Positions 26,480 to 39,200 of a stretch of DNA of 64,000 bases are shown piece after piece. The notes beneath the pieces were generated by a model that was given only the letters and a program-made list of their open reading frames with translations, did no database searches and was not told the DNA's origin. This DNA is from Paragordius varius (taxonomy: Eukaryota; Animalia; Nematomorpha). The position numbers and the translations under genes were made by a program. Where the stretch lies: contig OZ176051.1 of NCBI GenBank assembly GCA_964247055.1, positions 7,688,001-7,752,000 on the forward strand, given 5' to 3'. Each line of letters starts with the position of its first letter. Position 1 is the stretch's first letter.

Positions 26480-29400
26480 ATGCCTGCGAAAATTCGAAAG
26501 GTAACTAATTAATTGTTTTAAACGTAATTTAACTAAAGATTTTACTTAAAGGATGATTTATATTAAATTTAATCGTATTAGTCATAAATATTTTCAATCG
26601 TATATTTGTCATATATAGATAAAATATGTGCCAATCCTTTTCTACCTCCTCATCATTGTAGCCATTTATGTTTCCCAGACATGTGCACACGCCATAGAAA
26701 AGAAATCTACTTCAATTACGAAAGCAGTAAAAGACAACACGCATGTCAAAAGAACCATTGAAGATTTACCCCAAAGAGGGCCACCCATTGTTGATTCAAG
26801 GACTGTTTCATCCGTTAACGACAATCGTAGGAATGGAAATCAAAATTCACAGAGTCATCAAGGGAATCCGAACGATGGTCCCATCAACATTAGGAGACAA
26901 GTTGTGGTTGGCCCGGCATCTCAATTAAACCCAGGTATTAACAATTTTCAATCAGCGGGTTCTGATTTTGGGCGCCCAGTATTACCTCAAACGCTACAAC
27001 CGTCCCAACTAACTCAGCAACAAATATCGCCACCCCCTCCGTGGGCATTTGGTCCGTTTGGGAATATCATATTACCTTATCAGAATGTACCACAATACCC
27101 CCCTCCTGCTGTAATGCAACAAAATGGAAATGGGCTGCCCTTGAATATTCAACCAACTAATATGGATCCTGCAAATACGATAAACACTGCCAACTCTAAT
27201 ATATGGCCATTTGTGGGAGGTAGTCCCTATCCCATCATTAATCCTTATTACTCTCAATTCCAATGGGGCCAACCTTACAATAATGTTCCTTCTCCAGAGT
27301 TGATGGCATCCGGTCCAATGCCTACAAATGTTAATTCCTACCCTCCAGGATTGATTACTTATTATGATCCAAGAGTTGGTATAAACGCTCATCCCGCAGG
27401 TACAATTCAATCTGTAATATGTTTCATAAATACTTTTACCCACACATTACTTTAAAGCCCATAAGTTAGAGTAAACTCACTAGAAGTTAAACATTAATAA
27501 ATCCAATTATTCTCCCCAATAAACAAAAGTGCATACCCAAGTCCTAACTATCCTAGCAACAAAATAATTCTCCTAATAATCATAAAATATTTTTTATAAT
27601 TTTTACATAGGTCCCCAAAATGTTAACAATCTTCGCCAGTTAAGCCCTCAAGTCCAAACCTCCGGCTCTCAAAGACAACAAATGCCGGCGGTGCCTTCCT
27701 TACCACAAAATACATTAGCAGGACCACAGAATAGGCAGCCACAACAACCACAACCTGCATTGAGAACAGGAGGAAATTCTGACCTAAATACCATTAATAC
27801 CAATAATAATGTTGCTTTTATGCCCGGGTATACTTCATTTCATCCCTTTCCATTTTATTACCAATTTACACCGATGACAGGAAACACGAATCAAGTGATG
27901 GTACCTCAGGGATATGGGCCCACGGTAAATATGAAATGATTATATATTAAAACTTTGATATCAAAAAACAATATATAAAGTGTAAGGGTTTAAAATGGTT
28001 CACTAATTATATATATATATATATATATGCCCCAAAAAATTAAGATAACAAAATATTTTATTAACCTTAACATGATATTCTACTTTAGGCGTAAAAATAT
28101 AAGGACAAAAGTTTATAAAAAATGTTCATGACCAGTAAATACTCTTGCCACAGAACCCTATATATGCTAAATTTCGCCATTTTAATTCTTGTAGAACAGT
28201 CGACCCATGGTTTTAACTGACAATCCACGGTTTCCTCCTAATCGTTTAGGGGTGCGACCGCTTTTCCCTCAATACGATACCCCAAATTCAAACCAGCCCT
28301 CGAATAGCGTTAATAATTTATCCCCAAATACGGCTCAACAAAATCAGCCAAATCAACCCGCCCTATCTTCTACTCAAAATCGTCCACTTAAATCCAACGA
28401 ACCTAGTGTAAAGAATGGAGCTCAAATATCTATGTATCCTAACACAGGTTATTTATAAAACAAAGTGTTAATCTTATTTTATTTAATTAAATGAATTAAA
28501 GCATAGAATAATATAAAAAAACATAAACATGATTGGGGAAAAATATATGCACGTAAATCATTTCAAATTTTTTAAATGATAAAGGAACATTGCCTAGTTC
28601 CGACACATGCCTATCGTTTTAACTTTATTTCTCCAAATGATTAATTCAATTCAAACTCAAAAATGTATTTATTTAGGCATAGGAAATGGATGGGCTGGTG
28701 TTCCAGTCCGAGATGTGCTCCCAAATTATTCCCCTTTATCCCGAGCCATGTTAAACAATCCAGCCATTTATGAAGGCGGTACTCCGTACAATCCCTATAC
28801 AGCACAAGCCTTTGCAAACGGTATTTTTTGAATATTGCTATAAATAAGGGGGTGGGGGGGGGGGGCAAGATGCAGTCCTCCCAGATATTTTGTGGGGCGC
28901 ACGAAAAATTTGGAAGATTACTATATATATATATATATATAAAGGCCACATAATTCTCAAAAATATTGCTTATTATTACTAATAGTAAAATTTGATATTT
29001 TTTTATAAAGAATAAGTTTCAAATTTTATCAACGAAATAGCGAAAAATGGTGAAATAAATACATATTGATTGTAATTTTTTTAACAGTTTTATGCTGCTA
29101 TCGAATAAAATATTTATTAGTGCTATATATTTTGTAACTGCCCACCCGCAAAGCCATTTGTGTTAGAGAGAGACCCGTGGTTTAAAAAATTAGTGTATTG
29201 TATATACATGTATATAGGGAATGCCGGTGTCCAACCCATTGGACGTAACGGTCAAAATCGCGCCAACGGTCCCGTCTTATCAGTGCCTACGTCTCCGCTT
29301 CAACAACAAATGTTACAAACGCATCAACAACTCAACAGTTTAACCAATGTTGAAGGCGTGCCACCCCGGACAAACCCCAACGCTTTTAACAGTATTATGA

Positions 29401-29777
29401 CAGCCCTAAACAGGGGACAAACTCTTACACCCCAACAAAGAGCTCAATTACAACAAATGAATAACCCGTATTATTCATCGTCGGCATATGGCCAGCCTGC
29501 ATGGAATAATGTGTCACCAATGATGGCAGGTAATAACAATAATAATAATAATCCTTACATGATGATGAATCCACAATCAAATGCTTACACAGCAAATGGA
29601 TTTGCGGGTGTGTGGAGGGGAGGTGTTCCCACCTACAACCAAGAACTAACTAGCATGTATGGATTCAACAAGGCTTTCAGTGCTAAAATTGGGCACACCA
29701 CTAATAATTTTATACACAATTTATGTATACCGTTTATATTGAGTATTCTAGTCAGCTTTAGTATTTCTTGTTTATGA
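26480..29777 (+). CDS. Orphan P/Q/N/G-rich protein (~690 aa) with a signal peptide and a predicted GPI-anchor signal
   Basis: Exons 26480-26500, 26619-27399, 27611-27924, 28195-28447, 28677-28820, 29218-29777 have phases 0,1,0,1,1 and total 2073 nt (691 codons). N-terminus MPAKIRK|IKYVPILFYLLIIVAIYVSQTCAHA. C-terminus FSAKIGHTTNNFIHNLCIPFILSILVSFSISCL-stop. Confidence 0.85.
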
Positions 29778-29817
29778 TTATAATATATATGAACATTACT
29801 TTTTATGAACTTAGATA

Positions 29818-29855
<38 letters not shown>

Positions 29856-30258
29856 TAAAGCTTAACTATGCAATCATTGTATCAATATTTGCATTTCTTA
29901 AATGTTATTATTGTATATCAGTATAAATGAAGAATAAATGTGAATTAAATAATTTATTTCAAATTTTACAAAAAATGACAGTTACTGCTATATAAAATCT
30001 TGTAAAAATCGTTTGACGTAAAATTTTTATAAATAATATATGATATTGTAAAAATGTAGAAAAATCAATTGATTCAAATAATTTGTAAAAATATATCTAG
30101 GTATATTGTATAAACTATGGGAAAATGCGATATAAAGAGTGCTAAAAATATGACAAAAACACATATGAGGATCTTTAGTGTGCAATAAAAATCACGAAAA
30201 ATATCAAAAACTTAAATGCTTTCATATATAAAAACAGCTATGAAAATGCACAATCAAA

Positions 30259-33200
30259 TTAAATTGGTTCAGATTTTTGTTTAATTTCAATTTTTTGGAC
30301 AGTCATACCAGGGTTCATTTGGATCGCTTCTTGTATTGCTTCGGCGAGAGCCTAATCCAAAAATATATTTACATTTTGATTTTCCATATTATACTTTTTA
30401 CCCTTTTTTAATTAAAAAATCCTTTCCTTAACATATATTCCATTCAAAAACTAATTTAAATTAAAAACAAGTTTTTATAATGCAAAAATAATATCTTTTT
30501 ATTAAAATAAATAATTTTTTATATCGAATTCCAAAAACTGTGAACTAAAAAAGTGTTGTTTAATTTGCAAAAAAGTATAATATATTATAACTAACTTAAG
30601 AGAATATATCCATAAAAAAACAAAAATACCTCATCGTGATCAAGGGGTGAACCCTCACTATGAATAGTAATTTTCTGTTCAACTTTGGTTTCTACAACAC
30701 CATCTTGCACAGTTTTTTGCTATGTATATGTCAAATATTTCAATTTTTATTGGCACAATTATAAAAAAATAACTACAGATCTTAAACTAAATGTCCCTTA
30801 TTTGATTAAAATTTTGTATTATACCGTTATAGTTTCAACCGTACGACTTTTAGTACTTATCGAAGCGCTTGAAGTCGAGCCCAAAACTTTACCATTACAA
30901 GAGACATTGTTAACACTGCAACCATCATCCATAGATGTTGATTCATTTATCAATCCATTATGATTATCAATAATATTTTTTGTGTTGTTGGAACTTTCAG
31001 TAACATTCTTACCATTGATACCATTAAAGTAATTTTGTTTGTTGCTAAACCCATTAGTTAAATGGTTATGATTTGTTAAACTTTGACCATTTAAGAAAAC
31101 GGTGGAATTAGATTTATGAGGTCCGCTAAATTTATTAGACTCAACACCATTTCTAAGCGAGCGGTGGTCCGGTGCTTGATATTGTGATGAATGGAAAGAA
31201 TCATTAAGAGAAGGTGGTTTCTCCTCATCAGCTAAGATATCTCCACTGCTTATGGATGAGGACATACCACCTAAACTACTTTTTGTAATATTATTACCAT
31301 TATTTATAGAATGATAATGGTTATTATTGGTTGTAGGTTTATGAGTGTATACCCCACCATTGTGATATGAAGGAATGTTGGATTTAGTGCAAACACCGTT
31401 ATTAATATGAGATTCGGTATCATACGTAAATTTGATGGGATTCAAACCTAAAACATGTAAGTAAAATAAAAAAACTAATCAATCAAACAAAACATTGAAA
31501 AAGTGGGTTTTCTAAATTCAAAAGGTATTATTTAAGTGGAACAAAACGCGGTTCCTAACAGTTGCATAAAAATAATTTTTATTTTTGCCCATGCTCTCGA
31601 TTAATTACGATGTTGATTTCGGTTATATAATTAAAATCTTGCAAAATATTTTCTTAATTTTTTATTTAAAAGTTGTGCATATACAATAAATTTTTTTATA
31701 ACTTTTTATTTTTGTGGTTATAATTGATAATATAAATTAACAAAAAACAAAACCATTATTGACCAAAAACCAAATTTGGCAAAAAATTAATCGAAACCAT
31801 TGAGATAAAATTTTTACAAAAAACAATGCGGAGAAAGAAAAACAAAAATCATGTTTAATTTTCAGTTAATATACATCGTTTCCCCAAAAATACTTATGCC
31901 CTTTTTTAGATAAAAATAAGAAAATGTGATGTAACATGGGTGTATACCATTTGTTTTGGGCGAAAATTGATTGGGATACATTGAATTAGCTTCATCCAAA
32001 GCAATTAATTTCCGTGTTTTATAGACGGTTTGCTTAATTTGATGTTCTTGTTTGGTCGTAGTAACAGAACGTTCAACACGAGAAGTACTTTTGGAATGTT
32101 CATCGTTTTCTTGTTGAGTTTCAGCTTTGGTAATTACTAAGGGGGATTTAATGATTTGCACGGTCTCTTTGTTAACTAAATTATCGCAAAAATTATTGTA
32201 AATGACATATTTTTAAGTGAAATAGATAGTCAGGGAATATACAGGCTCAATGTCCGTTCGCATCATGACCCTTGTTTGCGAGAAACTTTTACTAAGTAAA
32301 AATAAATTTGTTTTCAGTTTGTTATATATGCGATTATTTTAGGGCTTTTAACCGATTAAAAAAAGTGTAAACCCGGCTTGATTTTAAAGATTTAAAAAAG
32401 AAAATCGGGGTGGTTCTTAAAATTTTGGAGCCGGAACCGGTTCTATGGGTTCTAACTTTTCATTAAATGATTTTCATACAACATTTTTATTATGATATTA
32501 ACCTAAATAACTTATAATCAAAACAAAATTGCCCATAGGACTCAGTTTGCAACTATTATATAGTGTGGCTCATCTTTTTCTGTTATGGTTAATTGATAAT
32601 GAACGCTATTGTTTGTGCTTTTTTACCATTTCGATTAATTAGGGTAAATGTTCTTAATCTATATATTAAATAATCTACGTAAATAATTATACTGTGGTTT
32701 TCTTCAAGTGTTTAAGGTAGAATATTTAAAATAAATTATCAACATGGAATTCCATTTCAATTGGATACGAGAAAAAATGTATTATATAATCAATATTGAT
32801 AATAAAAATTAAACAATAAATTTAAAATTATAATAGTCATTTTATTTAATAAACTATAAAAAATGTTTTTATACAAACAATATTGAATAATATTAAAAAA
32901 AAATTATTTTTTTAAAAATAAAAGCATATGGGAACCACTTATTTTAGCTGGAACCGATTAATTTCTAAGATATTGAAAATGAAAATTCCTAATTTAGAAC
33001 CGGATTGATTCCAACCCAACGCAGCCAGCCTCTGCCGAAATCTCAGGAACCGTGACTGGTTCTATGTGGTTAGGGTTCAAAGCCCTGGTATATTTTTTAA
33101 ATATTTTTAAAATAAAAGTCACGCATTAAAATCAGCTCATTATGAGGGGTGTCATTTAGAAGGAAGAGGGAGGGGGATGCATTGTGAAATAGGAACATAA

Positions 33201-36200
33201 AAAAATTATCAACATACTTATACTACTAGTTGATTTTGGGACAATTTTTAGATTAGTGGTATTATTGATACTGTTTGTAAAACTCGAATTTAAATTGGCA
33301 GGTGGTAATGATAATGATTTGGTATTAGCAGCATTTGTTACGTCAAAAGTTGTATTTAACAAAGGGGATGTCGGCATAATTACGTCTTTATAGCCATGAT
33401 TTTGCTCAGGTGAATAATTTGTTGTCGAATCATTTAAAATATCATCCATATCAGTTTCCTGGATTTGATAAGAAATATCATTTTCTTTGAGCTCTGTTGG
33501 TGGACTACTCACATACTTGACAGGGCTCTGCTTAACTTCAGCTATATTTATTAATATAAGATTTATCTAATACATAGTTTATGTGATATTACACTTATGA
33601 AATGTTTAATTCAAACGTAAAACTAGGAATTATGGTAAAAAAATAAATTTATGATGTGAAAATCAACTTTTAAATAAACTTAATTATTTTTATACAGATG
33701 TAAATTAAAACAAAGAGTGTTGTCTTAAATAGCAAACAAACCTTCAATACTTTTTGGTTGGTACTGCTTTTCTATGTGGTGTTTATTAGCGTGTTTGTCA
33801 CAGGGAGATTTTTTCGGAGACTTACTAGACTTTTTGCTATTGTTGTCCTTATCTTTGATACTATTTTTAATATTAGTTTTAGTAGTGCTTGATTCACTAA
33901 TTATACTATTTGTAGTATTTTGATTGCTGTTTTGTGCAACTGTAGAGGAACTCTTACCGAAAAAGAACAATTTAGATTTCTTTTTATCCGTACCTAAGCT
34001 TAAGCTTGTGGATGATTTAATAGATTTCGTGTCATTTTTAGGGGTAGGAGAGGATAATTTTTCCAACGTTTTTGCATGTTGTTCACACAAATATTCCTCA
34101 GTATCATTTTCGTTCTCAATACTTTTATGGTGATGGTGATGACACATGCGATGCTTACAACGCATACAAACGTCATCTTTATTGTGTGTCAAAGGATCTT
34201 TAATCGCTAACTCTCTAACTTCGGTTTTGGCGGGTGCTGTTGGTTTAGGATGGGAAAAATGGATATATAAATGATGCGAAAATATTGAAATATTGTAAGT
34301 ATGGAAATTTATGGTAACTTTAATACAGTAAAAAATTTGTGGAAAAAAGATTGATAAAAGAAAAGTTGGCAATGTTAAAAAACTTTATCCTATTATTTAG
34401 GTTAAAAATTACATTTATATTTAAAAGTGTAAAAAAACTGATAATACTGACATAAAATCTAGGCATTAATTCAAAAAATAAAGCAAATATGGGCTTACAT
34501 TCGTTTCCTGAAGTATTAGGATTCAGTTTATGTGGGGATACTATGGCCGATATTAGTCCAGGCATGCGATCATCATAATTAACTCCGTGCTGTAAATTAA
34601 CTATAGGTGATGTCAACTCTGTTGGAACTAAATTTAAATATTTTTTAGTTAATTGTTTAACAATAACTCGGTGAATAATGTTTAAATTTTTTTAATCTTT
34701 AATGACTAAATTTTTAAATGTTTTAATTACCAATAAAAACCTTATATAGCTCATTAATGAGTTAATATTAAATTAGCGATGTAATATTTCATGAATATGG
34801 TATTGTCAAGTGTGAGAGTGATATAATAAGTAATAATATATCGATAAAATTTATGAATACTATTTTCTAAATAGCTGTGTTGTTGAAATTCTTGCGACTT
34901 AACAAAGCTTTTGGGCATCTGTTCTTGAACATCTGCGACTGTAGATGTGTTGGATAGAAATGAATTTTGTAAATTAACAGCGCTATTTCTAGTAGGTGGT
35001 AAGAAGGGCATTACAGAATCTAAAGGGAAAAAAAGTATAAAACTTACCAAAAAATGAATAAAGAAAATTAAAAATTCTTATTGAATTATTATATTTTAAG
35101 AGACAAATCAAACAAAAGTTTTTGAAAATAAATTATATTACATGGTGAGAAAATAAAATAAGTAATATGAATTGAAATTTTTTTCTATAGTAAATATTTA
35201 ATTTTGCTATTGTGTATTAGGATCTGGTTAAATCACAAATAATCTGCTTATATATTATTTGACGAAATATTTAAACCCACATTTTGCCATTAAATATACC
35301 ATAATTTAACCAAAAAAGGTTCTAAATGATATTTTCTACTAAAAACTCTATTTTATTCGCATAAAAAACTTTTAAAATCTTTTAATATTAATATTTTCCT
35401 TTTTTTATATAAAACCGAATATATAATCACCAAAGATATTTGACGGTAAGGCTTGTATATAAAACATGTACAAAATTAGATTATATAAACATTATATTTC
35501 CCTTTTCCCCCCTTTAAACTTTTAAATTAATGTTCTAAACAAAACTTGATAACTCACTTAAAGATTGAGGATAATAATTATTGTTTAATGTATGATTGCT
35601 ATTATTATGATGGTTTGGGCTTGACAAAGGCGACCCCTGAACCGAACAAGATGACATGGTCGTAAGCGTTGAAGATAGAAATTGTTGATTGTTATGATTT
35701 ATATCATCATTGGTGGTGTTGGAAATTACATTTACTGTTGTTACACCATCACTCTTATTGGTATTTGGTATAGTTCCTCCAGATTTAGCTAATTTAATTT
35801 TAATTAAATAATATGATGAAAATTATATTGAATACTAATTTAATTTGAAAATAAATTGACAACTGGTGAAAAAGAATAAGTAAACATTGATTAAAACTGC
35901 TTATAAAACGTCAATTTAAATAATTTAGAGTTATATTTACATATACTCTAAAATATTAAAAAATTTTAATTCAGTCATATATATGTCCATAAAATCAGAA
36001 GCATTTAAACAAAAAAATAACCAAAATTACGCAAATTAAATCAAATCAAATTTTGAGGTAAAATTAAAACTATATCATGCATACTTCCTTCAACGCTACG
36101 CAGAGTACCCCGTAAACTACTTCGTTCAAAATGGGGTGAAGGTCGATCGATCCGGATAGAAGCTTGACGACTTTGATAAAGTGTACGACCCGAATATCGA

Positions 36201-39200
36201 AATTTGGATCCTTACGGAGTAATATACATTTGAAAATTAAAAGTTTTAAACACCAAATATTCTTTAAAAGATGCATTTGTATGTAATGATACGTTTTGTG
36301 TACTTTTTGATTGCAAAATATATGGAATAGAGATGTGTAAACTGGTATCTTACTCAATTCAATTTTTAACATAGTTATCACTTAAGTTATATAAAAAAAC
36401 AAGAATAAAAAATATGCTCTGATAAACCAGTTCTTTACGTTTAAAATTTTTTATCATAAATTGTAAAATAAAAATAGGTAATTTTATACAAAAACCCATT
36501 TTTTTAGTCTTTATTTATTTGTAAACTTATGATTAATATTGTGATATATAAAATATGTTATAGAATTAAGTATATAACATCTTTTTTTAAAATTATTTTA
36601 TTTTTCAAGTTTTGTAATTAAATTAAATTTTTATCAAAAACTTAACATAGTTTTAAACAATTTAACCAGCAATATACGATTAAGTCAATGTAAAAATATA
36701 TATATATATATATATATATATACCAAATTTCGGCCAAAAAAAATTGGAATGACTTTGTTTTTCAGGGATCGCTTCAAGTCCGGAGAGAGGTTTTGCTGTT
36801 TTATCCTTGTATATTGAAGAACTACCTGAAATAAATTGCATTTTTTAATATCACCTATAATCAAATTTTCAGAACTTGGAATTGGAGCCATTTTTTCGTT
36901 TCTCTTCCCAAAAAGTTTGAGAAAGTTTTGATTCTAAGTCCCATGTTTTTTTACGTTAAATACTTTTAATTTTGGATCCATTTTAAAAAATTTACCAGCC
37001 TAATTTTTTAAAGCTTGCTTCTGGTATTATCCAATTTAAAATAAAACAAAAAACATCACTATATTATCCATTTTAAAATATAAAAATTCGGGTTCAAAAC
37101 CGCCATGGTTCCGTTTCTAAAACCAATTTTCATAAAGTTTTTTCGGTATCACAAAAATAATTGATTTCGGCTCTTATCCCTGAATTATACCAGAGTTAAT
37201 CAATCAAATTTTTTGGATGTTTTAACCTCTAAGAGATGAGAAATAACGCAAGCTTCTCCGACTCCCAAAACCACTTCCCCCAGCAGTTGAATTCATGCTG
37301 TTGGCATCTAGACCATTGGCAACTATGGGCGTAGCCAGCCGGAAAAAAGTGTGATGTTCAACACAAGTTTTCCACAATCGTTTAGCTAGGTTGTGATCCT
37401 TAAGCTTAAATCCCAAAATGTTTTCAACATCTTCAAACTATATATTATATTTTTAACCATATTTATAGATTAATAAATAATTGGAATATAAATTTATGTG
37501 AAAAAAAATATATATTTTACCTGTCCCGGCCTAATTTTGATGTAAAAATGGTTTCGTTTGTAAGATATTTTGAGTATTTTTGGCCAGGCAAATCTATTAA
37601 TTCGGAGTCTATCTTTGAACACAAGCAGACCTGTGGCGCAAACACCTAAAAGTATGTCTACGCCTTCAGAATCCTAAACACAGATAAATTATCATTTTTA
37701 TATAATAAATTCATAAAAAAATCTTTCTATAAATAATATTTTACAGATTTTGATATTTTTAATAAAATTAAAATGTTTCCGATAAAATATTTTTTTAAAA
37801 AATATATGAATTGTGGAAAATATACTTTGGCTTCATTTAAATCGACTCCGTACATTGCTAACTTTTTAGCGTTTTCCAAATAATTTAATTCCGCTTCGGC
37901 TGGTGTTTGTCCCCTTAAAAATTTAATAAATTAAAAAAAGTTTAATATAATTAGCTTTTTCCTGATACCTGTTAAAAAGATAAATTACAAAACAATTGAG
38001 GTTACCAATTTCAATTTTTGATTTGAAAGGTTTTAAATATGATATAAAATGCGCAATGTCCTATATGCCTAAAAAATATTTTAATTGGGAGACATGATAT
38101 ATATATTATGGAAATTTATATAGTTAAATAAAATTAATATCTTTCAAAATGCCTTTATTATAGCTTGTATCATGGGAATGAAAGTTTAAATGATTAAATT
38201 TATTTGTAAAAAAATATCGGAAAAATAGCGGAAAAATAACCATTCATTATTTCTAAATTACAAATATAATGCTATAAATGTCTTGATTATTATACTATAT
38301 ACCACAAATATTAATTTTTCCCCAAATATATTTTTAAATTAAAATCTTGAAATAATTTTCAAAATGATTAGATATTAAAACAATAAATTCCTTCCTCACT
38401 TATGATTTTTGTGTAACTGTGCCACTTTATCCTCCAATTCGGGCGTTTGATGTGGTGCAGGTGCAAATTGGAATTCACTCAAATAATTTTCCTTGTTCTC
38501 ATCGGGATCATAATCACCCAGTTCACTTTGAACCAAATAGGAACCGAGCAAGGCATACGTGACAAAAGAACAAGGCAATCTGCAATAAAAAACATTATTT
38601 AATTAATCAATTCAATAGAGGAAGCAAGAATTTTGGTAAATTTATAATTTTCTCAAAAAATTTAATATTATGTGAGAAAATATGATATTATGCAATATTT
38701 CTTACTGAATTGTACAAATTACAATTCAATATAAAAATTTATTATTTTTTTATCATATTAAAATTTACCAAATTATAAGATCCAAATAACCAATAATGTG
38801 GCTGTTACTTATCAAATATGTATAATTCAATAAAATAAATTATTATTACTTTATCATATTTAAATGTTCCCAACTTAAAAGATCCAAATAACCAATTAAA
38901 ATTATTTTTTTAAATTTTGACTTAATTAGATTTAATCATTATTATTTTCTTTTGTCTTTAGATAATCCATTAAAAAAGATACTACCATGTATTGAAAATT
39001 TGGATATAGTTGAATTTAATAAATTTTACGTTTATATAATTTATTGTTTAACAATAATATGGCTGTTTCTGCTTATTATGTGAAAAGTTTATTAAAATTA
39101 CAAATCGTTTTTTATAAATAATTTATTAATGTTTAAGGTTACTTTAAATAAATGAAAAGATTAAGAACAAATTATTTTATCTCTAAAACATTATTTCCAT

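Noticed and set aside
26628-26630. GTG start codon suggested by the ORF track
   Set aside because: An upstream ATG mini-exon (26480-26500) splices in phase to the acceptor at 26617-26618.
32230-32291. GC-richer stretch after an AG as an extra coracle exon
   Set aside because: It reaches an in-frame TGA and no phase-compatible donor was found; the flanking exons join in phase without it.
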